From: Candidatus Competibacteraceae bacterium
Lineage (GTDB): Bacteria; Pseudomonadota; Gammaproteobacteria; Competibacterales; Competibacteraceae
Length of the DNA: 32,000 nt
Direction of reading: 5' to 3'
Assembly: GCA_007120095.1 (NCBI GenBank)
Contig: SKOM01000179.1
Coordinates: 1-32,000 of the forward strand
The position numbers were made by a program, and so were the translations under genes. Below, piece after piece: positions 1 to 10,845 of the stretch. The notes under the pieces are model-generated. The model was not told the origin of the DNA, did no database searches, and saw only the letters and a list, made by a program, of their open reading frames with translations. Position 1 is the stretch's first letter. Each line of letters starts with the position of its first letter.

Positions 1-933
1 CCTGATTTGACGTTTGTACACATCAATGAACCCGCAGGGGATGCGGCGTGCAGCGCCCATTTGCTGGAGTTCGATTCTGTGCATGGGCATTGGCAGGAGG
101 CCATCCACGCTGAGGATAATGCCCTGGTGGTCGCGGGTCAGCGCATCACTTACAGCCAGTCCCGCGATCCGGCTGAAGTCGATTGGAACGGGGCAGACAT
201 CGTTCTGGAGTGCAGTGGCAAATTCAAAACCAAGGATAAATTAGCACCCTATTTCGCTAAAGGTGTGCGTAAAATCGTGGTGTCGGCACCAATGCCGGAA
301 AGCGATGGGCTGAATATCGTTTACGGTGTCAATCATCATCTGTATGACGGCCACGACATTATTACCGCCGCCTCCTGCACCACCAATTGCTTGGCGCCGC
401 TGGTTAAAGTGATCCACGAAGGACTGGGCATTCGTCATGGCAGTCTGACCACCATCCACGATATCACCAACACCCAAACCATCATCGACGCGCCGCATAA
501 AGACCTGCGGCGGGCGCGGGCGCTGGGTTTATCCTTGATTCCGACCAGCACCGGCTCAGCCAAAGCCATCGCCGCCATTTTCCCGGAACTGCGCGGCAAA
601 CTTGATGGTTTAGCCGTGCGGGTGCCCTTGCTCAATGCCTCACTGACGGACTGTGCTTTTGAGGTCGAACGGGCGACCACGGTGGAAGAAGTCAACGGCC
701 TGCTGCAAACCGCTGCTGAAAATCATTTAACCGGAATTCTCGGCTATGAGGAACGGCCTTTAGTGTCGATTGATTATGTGAACGATGCGCGTTCCAGCAT
801 TGTCGATGCCCTGTCTACTCGGGTGATCAATGGTACACAAGTCAAATTATTGTCCTGGTACGATAATGAATGGGGCTATGTGTGCCGCATGGTGGATTTG
901 ACCCGGCTGGTCAGCCGCAGCCTGAGCGTTTGA
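1..933 (+). CDS. Glyceraldehyde-3-phosphate dehydrogenase, ArsJ-associated type (5' partial; frame 1 is open to the window edge)
   Basis: Has the GAPDH catalytic motif SCTTNCLAP and the C-terminal WYDNEWGY. The N-terminal part reads [21 protein letters not shown]. Its stop TGA (931-933) overlaps the GAGG RBS of the downstream arsJ-like gene. Confidence 0.85.
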   Translation, partial: PDLTFVHINEPAGDAACSAHLLEFDSVHGHWQEAIHAEDNALVVAGQRITYSQSRDPAEVDWNGADIVLECSGKFKTKDKLAPYFAKGVRKIVVSAPMPESDGLNIVYGVNHHLYDGHDIITAASCTTNCLAPLVKVIHEGLGIRHGSLTTIHDITNTQTIIDAPHKDLRRARALGLSLIPTSTGSAKAIAAIFPELRGKLDGLAVRVPLLNASLTDCAFEVERATTVEEVNGLLQTAAENHLTGILGYEERPLVSIDYVNDARSSIVDALSTRVINGTQVKLLSWYDNEWGYVCRMVDLTRLVSRSLSV

Positions 934-940
934 GGCGGCC

Positions 941-2161
941 ATGAGCGCGGTGTCCATTCGCCACTATCTGGTGATTACCGCCAGCTACTGGGCTTTTACG
1001 ATCACTGATGGCGCTATCCGCATGCTGGTGGTGCTGTATTTCCACTTGCTCGGTTACAGTCCACTGGAAATCGCCCTGTTGTTCTTGTTCTATGAGATCT
1101 TCGGGGTGGTGACCAACCTGACCGGGGGCTGGCTGGCGGCCCGTATCGGCCTCAATCGCACCATGCATATCGGTATGGCGCTGCAAATCGGGGCCTTATT
1201 GATGCTGACGGTTCCCGATGCCTGGCTCAGCGTCGCCTATGTCATGCTGGCTCAGGCGTTATCCGGGATTGCCAAGGATCTCAATAAAATGAGTGCCAAG
1301 GCCGGGGTCAAGCTGGTGTTACCACAATCGGACAATCCCCAGGGTGGTGCCGATGCCCGGTTATTCCGGTGGGTGGCCATTCTGACCGGCTCCAAGAATG
1401 CCTTGAAAGGGGTCGGCTTTTTCGTCGGCGGTTTGCTGCTGGCGCTGGTGGGTTTCCGGGGTGCCTTGCTGATACTCTCGGCCATGCTGGCGGTGGTGTT
1501 GGTGGTGTCCATGGTGCTGTTGCCCCTGGAAATCGGCAAGACCAAATTTAAAGCTAAATTCCGTCAGGTGTTTGCCAATACCCCGGAAATTAACTGGCTG
1601 TCCGGTGCCCGCCTGTTTTTATTCGGTGCACGGGATGTCTGGTTTGTGGTGGGTCTGCCGGTGTATTTAACCGCTGTGGTCGGCTGGGATAACTGGAAAG
1701 TCGGCGGGTTTTTAGCCTTATGGGTGATCGGCTATGGCGCGGTACAAGCGCTGGCACCGCAGTTGTTTCGCAATCGCCCGCCCGATGGGGTCAGCGCCCG
1801 CTTCTGGGCTTTGGGTTTGGCGGTTTTACCGGCGGCTATGGCGCTGGGTCTGATGAATGAGTTTGACCCCGAGTGGGTTGTGGTCGGTGGGCTGCTGCTG
1901 TTTGGGGTGGTGTTTGCGGTCAATTCCGCACTGCATTCCTATTTGATTTTGCACTATGCTGATCACGATAAAGTGGCCATGAATGTCGGCTTTTATTACA
2001 TGGCCAATGCCGGTGGGCGTTTGGTAGGCACGGTGTTATCTGGTTGGGTGTACCAAACCCAAGGCTTAGTGGGTTGTCTGTGGTGGTCAACTGCCTTGGT
2101 ATTGCTGGCTGCGGCCTTATCGTTGCGCCTGCCCAGTGCCAAGACCCTGGCGACCCCTTAA
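941..2161 (+). CDS. arsJ: MFS transporter, ArsJ-like (1-arseno-3-phosphoglycerate exporter family)
   Basis: 406 aa polytopic membrane protein. The N-terminus RHYLVITASYWAFTITDGAIRMLVVLYFHLLGYSPLEIALLFLFYEIFGVVTNL matches my memory of ArsJ. The start is 8 nt after the GAPDH stop, with GAGG 5 nt upstream. Confidence 0.8.
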   Translation: MSAVSIRHYLVITASYWAFTITDGAIRMLVVLYFHLLGYSPLEIALLFLFYEIFGVVTNLTGGWLAARIGLNRTMHIGMALQIGALLMLTVPDAWLSVAYVMLAQALSGIAKDLNKMSAKAGVKLVLPQSDNPQGGADARLFRWVAILTGSKNALKGVGFFVGGLLLALVGFRGALLILSAMLAVVLVVSMVLLPLEIGKTKFKAKFRQVFANTPEINWLSGARLFLFGARDVWFVVGLPVYLTAVVGWDNWKVGGFLALWVIGYGAVQALAPQLFRNRPPDGVSARFWALGLAVLPAAMALGLMNEFDPEWVVVGGLLLFGVVFAVNSALHSYLILHYADHDKVAMNVGFYYMANAGGRLVGTVLSGWVYQTQGLVGCLWWSTALVLLAAALSLRLPSAKTLATP

Positions 2162-2322
2162 CAGCGCATGTCCGTCGGGCACGTCCGGGGCACGACCTAC
2201 ACGGTTTCACCATGAGTCCGGGCATCAAGGCGAACGACTATAAATCTGGAGGTCAGAAGGTTAGCGGGACAGGGGGCTAATGGGTAAAATGGCGCTTTGA
2301 TCAGGGATCACCCAATAACTCG

Positions 2323-4131
2323 ATGACCTCAACACCCGATACCTTTACCCCAGCCAGCGGCTGGTTACGCTGGGTTACCGTCGCTTTTGCCGCACTGACA
2401 GTGGGCTTCCATTTATGGATTGCCTTCTCCGGCCTGATTCCTAACCTCACGACCCGGCCTTTGCACATGGCGTTTGCCGTGGCTTGGGTGTTTTTCTTTG
2501 GGGTTGCGATTGCGCAAGGTCGTGGCGGGCGTATCAGTGGCTGGATTATCGGCGCTATCGGCATTGCCGCCTGTGGTTATATTGTCTGGAACCGCCCGGA
2601 ACTGGTGCGTCAATACGGTGCCCTGGATGGCTGGCTGCAGCACGCTGTCGCCATCGCGCTGTTGCTGGTGGTGCTGGAGATGGCGCGGCGGGCGATTAAA
2701 CTGGTGTTGCCTGCCGTGGCGGCGATTGTCTTGACCTATGGGTTTTTGGGGGAACACATTCCCGGTTCCTTTGGTCATGGCGGGATTCCCCTCGATTATT
2801 ATCTGGGCACCTTGACTATTACCGAGGGTGGGCTGTGGGGGTCTTTGACCGGGATTTCGGTCGATACCATCAGCCTGTTCATTATTCTCGGTGCGACCAT
2901 TTCTGCCGGACAGGCCGGTACCGGGTTTATGGCGCTGGCGACGCAAATTGCCGGGCGTTTTCGCGCCGGGGCGGCTAAAGTCGCGGTTGTGTCCTCGGCG
3001 CTGTATGGCACGGTGTCCGGGGTCGCGGCGGCTAACACCGCCTCTACAGGCATGGTGACCATTCCCGCTATGATCCGCCGTGGCTACCCACCCAAACTCG
3101 CTGCTGCGGTCGAAGCAGTGGCGTCCACCGGTGGACAGATTATGCCGCCGATTATGGGAGCCGGTATTTTCGTCATGGCGGAGTTATTGCGGCGACCTTA
3201 TGCGGAAATTATGGTGGCGGCGACTTTGCCGGCTTTGCTGTTTTTCGTCGCCGCCTGGGTTGGGGTCCACATGTTCGCCCTGCGCTATCGTCTGGAAGGT
3301 TTACCGCGCTCGGAGCTGCCCGGCTGGTGGGCGGTGGCGCTGACCGCTCCATTTTTCATGGTGCCTTTCGGTATCTTGATCGGTTCGATTTTATTCACCA
3401 GTTACACCCTGTCTTATGCCGCTGTGTTTGCCACGGTCACGGCGTGGGTGTTATTACTGCCCGGTGATCAGCTCAAACCCTCGCTGCGCGGCTGGTTGTT
3501 GCGCACAGAACAGGCTTTGGTGACCGGGGCGCAGCAGGTGGCGGTGATTGCCGCTGTCATTATTTGTGCCGGTATTATTGTCGGTGTGTTCAATATGACC
3601 GGGCTGGGTGTCAAGCTGACCTCACTGATTTTATCGCTGTCCGGAGGCGAATTGTGGGCGGTGTTATTACTGACCGGCCTGGCCAGTCTGGTGCTGGGCA
3701 TGGAATTGCCCACCACGGCGGCTTACATCATCTGCGTGGCCGTGGCCGGCCCGGCGCTGGTTGCCGTTGGCGTGCCGGAACTGTATGCCCATCTGTTCGT
3801 ATTCTGGTATGCCTTGCTATGCACCATCACCCCGCCGGTGTGTGGCAATGTGTTCATCGCGGCCGGTATTGCTAAAACACCATGGTTGCCGGTCGCGGGC
3901 ACCGCCCTGCGCCTGGGGCTGGGTTTGTTCGTGGTACCCTTAGGCTTTATCGCTAATCCGAGCTTGTTACTATTGGCGAGCGAGCCGTGGCTGGCGCTTG
4001 CTGCTACCCTGAAAGTCGGGATGGGTCTGGCGTTGCTGGCCTATGCGGTGATTGGTGAGGGGGGCCGCCCCTGGAGGCAGTTATTGGCCTTGCCTGCGGG
4101 ATTAACCGTGATTTTTATCGGTGGCGTGTGA
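2323..4131 (+). CDS. TRAP transporter fused permease (4TM/12TM fusion, TAXI-type)
   Basis: 602 aa and very hydrophobic. Length and DctM-like segments (GGQIMPPIMGAGIFVMAE, TAAYIICVAV) are typical of the fused TRAP-T permease. No binding-protein gene is adjacent. Confidence 0.8.
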   Translation: MTSTPDTFTPASGWLRWVTVAFAALTVGFHLWIAFSGLIPNLTTRPLHMAFAVAWVFFFGVAIAQGRGGRISGWIIGAIGIAACGYIVWNRPELVRQYGALDGWLQHAVAIALLLVVLEMARRAIKLVLPAVAAIVLTYGFLGEHIPGSFGHGGIPLDYYLGTLTITEGGLWGSLTGISVDTISLFIILGATISAGQAGTGFMALATQIAGRFRAGAAKVAVVSSALYGTVSGVAAANTASTGMVTIPAMIRRGYPPKLAAAVEAVASTGGQIMPPIMGAGIFVMAELLRRPYAEIMVAATLPALLFFVAAWVGVHMFALRYRLEGLPRSELPGWWAVALTAPFFMVPFGILIGSILFTSYTLSYAAVFATVTAWVLLLPGDQLKPSLRGWLLRTEQALVTGAQQVAVIAAVIICAGIIVGVFNMTGLGVKLTSLILSLSGGELWAVLLLTGLASLVLGMELPTTAAYIICVAVAGPALVAVGVPELYAHLFVFWYALLCTITPPVCGNVFIAAGIAKTPWLPVAGTALRLGLGLFVVPLGFIANPSLLLLASEPWLALAATLKVGMGLALLAYAVIGEGGRPWRQLLALPAGLTVIFIGGV

Positions 4132-4158
4132 ATTTTAGGTGTTGAACTTGATTTTGCC

Positions 4159-4189
4159 GCCCATGTGGCATAGCTTATGGGCTTTGTTT
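4159..4189 (+). terminator. Candidate weak intrinsic terminator after the TRAP permease
   Basis: GCCCAT (4159-4164) pairs with ATGGGC (4177-4182) and is followed by TTTGTTT. The stem is only 6 bp and the loop is 12 nt. Confidence 0.3.
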
Positions 4190-4256
4190 GGATAAGCGCT
4201 GGCAGGTGCGTTGTGCCCATAGAATACAGCCTATTGCGACAGAGTCGATCGCGGGC

Positions 4257-5096
4257 ATGAAAACGTCATTTTCCCTGGTGAAAAATGTATTACTAAGAAT
4301 TTTGCTGGTCACAGTGACTATGATGGTCATGCTGACGGCCAGCGTTTACTACAATGTTTTTCAGGGCCAGAAAGAAGCCCAGCTCGCACAGCGGCAGTAC
4401 CTGGTGGCTGATCGGGTGATCGTCGACAGCAATCTGATTAAATTAGCAGATTATAATATAGAAAATATTATAGAGGCATTCAATACCCCCTCTGCTTCTG
4501 AATCTGCCGCACGCTATAATGGATTTCAGGTGCATTACTTTTTTGCAGGTCACGCGGCTCACAGTGATAACCCCACGCGGCAGTACGCTTATGAAACCAT
4601 CATTAGACAACTGTATCATGCCGACGCTGCCGTTCAGGTGATTAACGATAAACAAAAAAATAATTATTTAATTGTTGGCAGACTGGATGGCGTCGAGGGT
4701 CTTGTGGTCAATATTCTGCCGGCTCATGAGGTTCATAAAGCCGCTTTCAGTTTCGCTAAAGGTCTGTTCTCACAAAGTACTTTCATATTGTTGGCCACGC
4801 TGCTGGTGACTTATGGTGTCTTACGCTATCAGGTTCAAAATCCACTGGAAAAAATAAGATTGGCTGTAGAGGCCATAGCGAGAGGAGACTATCGGCAGGT
4901 GACACAGGGAGTGATTGAGCTACCGAAGGTGATGGATAATGAGATGGATTTGCTGGCTAACGCTGTGCTGGAAACAGCCATCAACGTCGAGGAAACCCAC
5001 ACTGATCTGGAAAAGAAGCTTCAAGAAAGAACCCAAGCGTTAAAAAACGCTAATAAAGCATTATACGCCACTTATAGCGAACCCACAAAACCGTAG
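4257..5096 (+). CDS. Membrane sensor-like protein: two TM segments, a periplasmic domain, HAMP and a short coiled coil, with no output domain
   Basis: ATG at 4257 ([28 protein letters not shown] is TM1); the ORF track's TTG at 4188 is less likely. TM2 is [14 protein letters not shown], followed by the HAMP-like [18 protein letters not shown]...EMDLLANAV. The protein ends in an S-helix-like [15 protein letters not shown] and then stops at TAG 5094-5096. Confidence 0.6.
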   Translation: MKTSFSLVKNVLLRILLVTVTMMVMLTASVYYNVFQGQKEAQLAQRQYLVADRVIVDSNLIKLADYNIENIIEAFNTPSASESAARYNGFQVHYFFAGHAAHSDNPTRQYAYETIIRQLYHADAAVQVINDKQKNNYLIVGRLDGVEGLVVNILPAHEVHKAAFSFAKGLFSQSTFILLATLLVTYGVLRYQVQNPLEKIRLAVEAIARGDYRQVTQGVIELPKVMDNEMDLLANAVLETAINVEETHTDLEKKLQERTQALKNANKALYATYSEPTKP

Positions 5097-5155
5097 TTGT
5101 GTGCACAACGACTGACATCACATCCTCATCACCCAAAAAGCGGGAGTTAGCGATC

Positions 5156-7309
5156 ATGGCCAAATTTGACCATAAAACCCTAGATGACTGGCAGACTCTG
5201 GCAAGTCGTGAACTCAAGGGTCGAGACCCAGACACATTGCGGCGCGAAACCCCTGAGGGGATTACCATTAAGCCCGTGTACACGGCTGCCGATCTGGAGG
5301 GCCTGGAGCAGGTCAATTCTCTGCCGGGCTTTGCGCCGTTTACCCGCGGGGTTCGGGCCACCATGTACACTGGACGTCCGTGGACGGTACGCCAATACGC
5401 CGGGTTTTCCACCGCTGAAGAATCCAACGCTTTTTATCGGCGCAATCTGGCTGCCGGGCAAACCGGTTTATCCGTGGCGTTTGATCTGGCGACCCACCGA
5501 GGTTACGATTCCGATCACCTGCGGGTCGTAGGCGATGTGGGCAAAGCCGGGGTAGCGATTGATTCCATCGCCGATATGAAAATTCTCTTCGATGGCATTC
5601 CGCTGGATAAAATGTCGGTGTCCATGACGATGAACGGTGCGGTATTACCGGTGATGGCCATGTACATCGTCGCCGCTGAGGAGCAGGGGGTCAGTCCCGA
5701 TAAACTTTCGGGCACCTTGCAAAACGATATTCTCAAAGAATTCATGGTGCGCAATACTTATATTTACCCGCCCGAACCGTCGATGCGGATTGTAGCCGAT
5801 ATCATTGGCTACACCGCCAATCACATGCCACGCTTTAACTCCATATCCATCTCCGGTTATCACATGCAAGAGGCCGGGGCGACAGCCGTGCAGGAGCTGG
5901 CCTTTACCGTGGCTGACGGGGTGGAATACGTCCGTGCGGCCTTGTCCACTGGCCTGAAAGTCGATCAGTTTGCACCGCGCTTATCGTTTTTCTTCGCTAT
6001 TGGCATGAACTTTTTCATGGAAATTGCCAAGCTGCGTGCCGCCCGCACTCTGTGGGCGCAATTAATGCAGGAACATTTCCAGCCCCAAGACGCCCGCTCA
6101 CTGATGCTGCGCACCCATTGCCAGACCAGTGGCGTCAGTCTGACCAGTCAAGACCCCTATAACAATATTATCCGCACCACCGTTGAGGCCATGGCGGCTG
6201 CCCTGGGCGGTACTCAGTCGCTGCACACCAATGCCTTCGACGAAGCCCTGGCTTTACCGACCGATTTCTCAGCGCAAATCGCCCGCAATACCCAATTGGT
6301 GCTGCAAGAAGAAACCGCCATCACTCAAGTGGTCGACCCACTGGGCGGGTCGTATTACATTGAAGCCCTGACCGCCTCTTTGGTTGCCGAGGCTCGTAAG
6401 CTGATCGGCGAAGTCGAGGAACTCGGTGGCATGACCAAGGCGGTCGAGTCCGGTATGCCCAAGCTGCGCATCGAAGAAGCGGCCGCTCGCCGTCAGGCTC
6501 GGATCGACCGTGGCCAAGAAGTCATTGTCGGGGTGAATAAATACCAATCCACCCATGCAGGCGAAGTTGAGGTTCGTGCCATCGACAACACCGCCGTGCG
6601 TGAATCGCAAGTCCGCCGTTTGCAGCAGGTGCGGGCTGAGCGCGATGACGCCGCCTGTCGCCGTACTTTAGAGGCATTAACTCAGGCGGCTGAAAGCGGG
6701 CAGGGTAATTTACTCGCGTTGGCCGTTGATGCCGCACGGGCGCGGGCCACCGTGGGTGAGATTTCCGATGCCTTAGAGAAAATCTGGGGACGGCATCGGG
6801 CGGTGATTCGATCAATTTCTGGTGTGTACGGTTCGGCGTATGAGGGCGATGCCGGTTTTGAAACCATCCGCAAAGACATTGACGCCTTTGCCGAAGAAGA
6901 AGGGCGACGGCCGCGGATGCTGGTGGTCAAGCTCGGTCAAGACGGCCATGATCGCGGGGCTAAAGTCATTGCGACCGCCTTTGCCGATTTGGGCTTCGAT
7001 GTGGACATCGGCCCGCTGTTCCAAACCCCGGAAGAAGCTGCCCGCCAGGCCGTCGAGAGCGACGTCCATGTCGTGGGTGTTTCCAGCCAGGCAGCCGGAC
7101 ATCAGACGCTGGTACCGGCGTTGATTGCCGCACTGAAAGCCGAAGGGTCGGAGGATGTTGCCGTGGTCTGCGGTGGAGTGATTCCACCTCAAGACTATGA
7201 CATGCTGCGTGATGCCGGGGTCGCGGCTATTTATGGGCCTGGCACCAATATTCCGGTGGCCGTCGGTGAGGTCTTGGCATTGATTCGTAGCCGCCACCTA
7301 GCGGCCTGA
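5156..7309 (+). CDS. mcm: Methylmalonyl-CoA mutase, single-chain (substrate barrel plus B12-binding domain)
   Basis: [59 protein letters not shown] carries the MCM-type Tyr in [15 protein letters not shown] carries the MCM-type Arg. The B12 motif [11 protein letters not shown] is near the C-terminus. ATG at 5156 is preceded by GGGAG. Confidence 0.93.
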   Translation: MAKFDHKTLDDWQTLASRELKGRDPDTLRRETPEGITIKPVYTAADLEGLEQVNSLPGFAPFTRGVRATMYTGRPWTVRQYAGFSTAEESNAFYRRNLAAGQTGLSVAFDLATHRGYDSDHLRVVGDVGKAGVAIDSIADMKILFDGIPLDKMSVSMTMNGAVLPVMAMYIVAAEEQGVSPDKLSGTLQNDILKEFMVRNTYIYPPEPSMRIVADIIGYTANHMPRFNSISISGYHMQEAGATAVQELAFTVADGVEYVRAALSTGLKVDQFAPRLSFFFAIGMNFFMEIAKLRAARTLWAQLMQEHFQPQDARSLMLRTHCQTSGVSLTSQDPYNNIIRTTVEAMAAALGGTQSLHTNAFDEALALPTDFSAQIARNTQLVLQEETAITQVVDPLGGSYYIEALTASLVAEARKLIGEVEELGGMTKAVESGMPKLRIEEAAARRQARIDRGQEVIVGVNKYQSTHAGEVEVRAIDNTAVRESQVRRLQQVRAERDDAACRRTLEALTQAAESGQGNLLALAVDAARARATVGEISDALEKIWGRHRAVIRSISGVYGSAYEGDAGFETIRKDIDAFAEEEGRRPRMLVVKLGQDGHDRGAKVIATAFADLGFDVDIGPLFQTPEEAARQAVESDVHVVGVSSQAAGHQTLVPALIAALKAEGSEDVAVVCGGVIPPQDYDMLRDAGVAAIYGPGTNIPVAVGEVLALIRSRHLAA

Positions 7310-7321
7310 TTGAGTATAAAT

Positions 7322-8854
7322 ATGAAAGAAATTGTTGCCGAATTAGATCGTAAACGCGCCGCTGCTCGTTTGGGTGGCGGACAGGATCGGATTGACAAAC
7401 TCCATGCTCAGGGTCGTTTGACTGCCCGTGAGCGGATCGATTTATTGCTGGACAAAGGTAGTTTTGAGGAATGGGATACCTTTGTTGAACACCGGTGCAC
7501 CGAGTTTGGCATGGAGCAGCGGACTATACCCGGTGACGGGGTGGTGACCGGTTACGGCACCATTAATGGCCGCTTAACCTTTGTGTTCAGCCAGGATTTC
7601 ACGGTTTTCGGTGGGTCGTTATCCGAAGCCCACGCAGAAAAAATCTGTAAAATCATGGATCACGCCATTCGAGCAGGGGCACCGGTGATTGGCCTCAACG
7701 ACTCGGGTGGCGCACGGATTCAGGAGGGCATTGCCTCGCTGGCCGGTTATGCCAATGTGTTCCAGCGCAATGTCATGGCCTCGGGCGTGGTGCCGCAGAT
7801 TTCGATGATTATGGGGCCGTGTGCGGGTGGAGCGGTGTATTCGCCGGCGATTACCGATTTTATTTTCATGGTCAAAGACAGCTCCTATATGTTTGTCACC
7901 GGCCCGGAAGTGGTCAAAACCGTCACTCATGAAACCGTCACCCATGAAGAGCTGGGGGGGGCTGTGACCCACTCGACAAGATCGGGCGTGTCGGATCGTG
8001 CCTTCGATAATGATGTCGAGGCGCTGTTATGGTTACGCCAATTCATGGGTTATCTGCCGACCAGTAACCGCGCTCCACCGCCGTGGGTACCGAGTGAGGA
8101 CCCCGCCGATCGTTCTGAGCCGTCGCTGGATGCTTTGGTGCCTAACAATACCAATAAACCCTATAACATGAAGGAGTTGATTTATAAAGTAGTGGATGGC
8201 CAGGAGTTCTTTGAGATCCAACCGGATTTTGCCCAGAATATTTTAATCGGTTTCGGGCGTATGGAAGGCTATACGGTTGGTTTTGTCGCCAACCAGCCTA
8301 TGGTTCTAGCTGGTTGTTTAGATATTGATTCTTCACGTAAAGCCGCCCGATTTGTGCGCTTCTGCGATTGTTTCAATATTCCTATTGTGACTTTCGTCGA
8401 TGTCCCAGGTTTTATGCCGGGCACCACACAGGAATATGGCGGCATCATCAAGCACGGCGCCAAACTGCTGTATGCCTATGCCGAAGCTACGGTGCCGAAA
8501 ATCACCGTGATCACCCGTAAAGCCTATGGCGGGGCTTATGATGTGATGAGCTCTCAGCATCTGCGGGGTGATGTGAATTTTGCTTGGCCCAGTGCTGAAA
8601 TTGCGGTGATGGGACCCAAGGGGGCGGTGGAGATTATCTTCCGCGAACATGCGGGTGATCCTGAAAAAATTGAAGAACTCACCGAGGATTACCGGCAAAA
8701 GTTTGCCAATCCCTTTATTGCCGGTCACCGTGGTTTTATCGAAGATGTGATCAAACCCAGCTTTACCCGCAAGCGTCTCTGCCGTTCGCTGGCTATGCTT
8801 AAGGATAAAAAGTTGGAAAATCCTTGGCGCAAACACGGGAATATTCCACTGTGA
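7322..8854 (+). CDS. pccB: Propionyl-CoA carboxylase beta subunit (carboxyltransferase)
   Basis: Shows the acyl-CoA carboxylase beta pattern: [63 protein letters not shown]. The stop TGA (8852-8854) shares one nt with the pccA ATG. Confidence 0.92.
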   Translation: MKEIVAELDRKRAAARLGGGQDRIDKLHAQGRLTARERIDLLLDKGSFEEWDTFVEHRCTEFGMEQRTIPGDGVVTGYGTINGRLTFVFSQDFTVFGGSLSEAHAEKICKIMDHAIRAGAPVIGLNDSGGARIQEGIASLAGYANVFQRNVMASGVVPQISMIMGPCAGGAVYSPAITDFIFMVKDSSYMFVTGPEVVKTVTHETVTHEELGGAVTHSTRSGVSDRAFDNDVEALLWLRQFMGYLPTSNRAPPPWVPSEDPADRSEPSLDALVPNNTNKPYNMKELIYKVVDGQEFFEIQPDFAQNILIGFGRMEGYTVGFVANQPMVLAGCLDIDSSRKAARFVRFCDCFNIPIVTFVDVPGFMPGTTQEYGGIIKHGAKLLYAYAEATVPKITVITRKAYGGAYDVMSSQHLRGDVNFAWPSAEIAVMGPKGAVEIIFREHAGDPEKIEELTEDYRQKFANPFIAGHRGFIEDVIKPSFTRKRLCRSLAMLKDKKLENPWRKHGNIPL

Positions 8855-10845
8855 TGTTTAAAAAAATACTGATTGCTAACCGCGGTGAGATCGCCTGTCG
8901 GGTGATAAAAACCGCGCGAAAAATGGGCATTGCTACTGTAGCGGTATGTTCTGATGTGGATCGGGATGCTTTGCATGTGCAACTGGCGGATGAATCGGTC
9001 TTTATTGGCCCTTCACCCTCGGCGCAAAGTTATCTGCGCATGGAGCGGATCGTCCAGGCGTGCCAGGATACCGGCGCGGAAGCGGTACATCCCGGTTATG
9101 GCTTTTTGTCGGAAAACCCACGGTTTACTCAAGCATTAGATCAGGCCGGTATTGTCTTCATCGGGCCTAATGTCCGGGCTTTGGAAATCATGGGCGATAA
9201 AATCGCCTCCAAGAAACTGGCCATCGAAGCCGGTGTGAATACCGTACCGGGCTGTACCGATGTGGTTCGTGATCCCGATGACGCAGTGCGCATCGCCCGC
9301 GATATCGGTTTTCCCGTTATGCTTAAAGCCAGCGCTGGCGGTGGCGGCAAGGGCATTCGTTTAGCCTGGACCGAAGCCGAATGCCGTGAGGGTTTCCAGC
9401 GCGCCACCAACGAAGCTCAAGCCAGTTTTGGTGATGCGCGGGTATTTATCGAAAAATTCATAGAACATCCGCGCCATATCGAAATTCAGGTGATCGCGGA
9501 TAACCACGGCCAGGTGCTGCACCTTAACGAACGCGAGTGTTCCATCCAACGTCGCCATCAGAAAGTCATCGAAGAGGCTCCCTCGGCGTTTATTGATCCG
9601 GCAACCCGCGAGGCGATGGGGAAACAGGCGATTGCGTTAGCGCGGGCGGTGGATTACCGCTCGGCGGGTACGGTGGAATTCATCGTCGATAAAGACCGCA
9701 ATTTCTATTTCCTGGAGATGAACACCCGTTTGCAGGTCGAGCACCCGGTCACCGAGCTGATTACCGGTCTGGATCTGGTGGAGCTGATGATTCGCGTCGC
9801 GGCCGGAGAGCCATTGGGATTGACGCAGGATCAGATCGGCATTAACGGTTGGGCCATCGAGGCGCGGGTTTACGCCGAAGATCCCTACCGTGGGTTTTTA
9901 CCCGCGATTGGTCGCTTAATGCGTTATCGGCCGCCAGAGGAAAGCCGCCATGTGCGGGTGGATACTGGGGTTACCGACGGCGGCGAAGTGTCGATGTATT
10001 ACGATCCGATGATTGCCAAGCTCATCACTTGGGATCAGGATCGTGACAGCGCTACCCGCCAGATGCGCCACGCCCTCGATTGGTTTTACATCGGTGGTCT
10101 GGCGAATAACATCCCGTTTCTCGCCGCGCTGATGAGCCACCCGCAGTTTAAATCTGGCGATATCAGCACGAATTTTATTGCGGAACAATACCCGGACGGT
10201 TTCCAGTCGCCAGTGCCCCCTGAGGCTGAGCGGAATATTCTGGTTGCTGTTGCCGCAGCGGTGCATCGTGATCATGTTGATCGTGACGCGTCGATTACGC
10301 AGCAGCTCCCCGGCCATGAGCATTGTCCGGGTGACGACTGGGTGGTAGTGGTCGATGGTGTGCACTATCCGCTGACGATTCGCCGTGATGCCGCTGGGTT
10401 TACCGTCGAGGCCGCTCATCAAACGCAACCCATGCGGATTGACATCGTGTGGCAACTGGGCGATCCGTTGTTTGAAGCGCGTATTGATGGTGAGTTGGTC
10501 TGTGTGCAAGTTGAACGCGATGGGGTCGCTTATCAGTTATTCCATCACAGTTTCTGCATCAAGGCGCTGGTATTGACTCCAAGTGTGGCCGAGTACCAAA
10601 AGCGCATGTTGGACAAACCGGCACCGGATCTCAGCAAATACCTGCTCTCGCCTATGCCGGGCTTATTAGTGCAGATGCTGGTCAAACCGGGTGAAGAGGT
10701 GAAAGCCGGGCAGGATTTAGCCATTATTGAAGCGATGAAAATGGAAAATGTGCTGCGTGCTGCCCGCGATGGTACCGTGAGTCAAGTACGGGTTGAAGCG
10801 GGTGCCAGTTTGTCAGTGGATCAGGTCATTATTGAGTTCACATGA
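8854..10845 (+). CDS. pccA: Propionyl/acetyl-CoA carboxylase alpha subunit (biotin carboxylase plus BCCP domain)
   Basis: The N-terminus is [21 protein letters not shown]. It has the ATP-grasp GGGGKG, EMNTRLQVEHPVTE, and the biotinylation motif EAMKMEN near the C-terminus. The real start is ATG 8854, not the track's 8824. Confidence 0.93.
   Translation: MFKKILIANRGEIACRVIKTARKMGIATVAVCSDVDRDALHVQLADESVFIGPSPSAQSYLRMERIVQACQDTGAEAVHPGYGFLSENPRFTQALDQAGIVFIGPNVRALEIMGDKIASKKLAIEAGVNTVPGCTDVVRDPDDAVRIARDIGFPVMLKASAGGGGKGIRLAWTEAECREGFQRATNEAQASFGDARVFIEKFIEHPRHIEIQVIADNHGQVLHLNERECSIQRRHQKVIEEAPSAFIDPATREAMGKQAIALARAVDYRSAGTVEFIVDKDRNFYFLEMNTRLQVEHPVTELITGLDLVELMIRVAAGEPLGLTQDQIGINGWAIEARVYAEDPYRGFLPAIGRLMRYRPPEESRHVRVDTGVTDGGEVSMYYDPMIAKLITWDQDRDSATRQMRHALDWFYIGGLANNIPFLAALMSHPQFKSGDISTNFIAEQYPDGFQSPVPPEAERNILVAVAAAVHRDHVDRDASITQQLPGHEHCPGDDWVVVVDGVHYPLTIRRDAAGFTVEAAHQTQPMRIDIVWQLGDPLFEARIDGELVCVQVERDGVAYQLFHHSFCIKALVLTPSVAEYQKRMLDKPAPDLSKYLLSPMPGLLVQMLVKPGEEVKAGQDLAIIEAMKMENVLRAARDGTVSQVRVEAGASLSVDQVIIEFT

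Noticed and set aside
2413-2946. Long antisense or alternative-frame ORFs inside confirmed genes. Examples are 2413..2946, 6812..7297, 8333..8836, 9916..10509, 17632..18183, 25415..25822 and 25756..26199 on the minus strand, and 24027..24416 on the plus strand.
   Set aside because: Each lies wholly inside a gene whose product has strong, motif-level identity on the other strand or frame. Their translations are Arg/Pro/Gly-rich or low-complexity with no recognisable motifs, as expected for shadow ORFs in GC-rich coding DNA.
5099-5155. N-terminal extensions suggested by the ORF track: 4188, 5099, 7310, 8824, 13384, 15105 and 26489
   Set aside because: These begin at the first possible start codon, several of them non-ATG. 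They would add non-conserved residues or overlap the upstream gene by tens of nt. Internal ATGs match the conserved N-termini of each family and give compact or coupled junctions.
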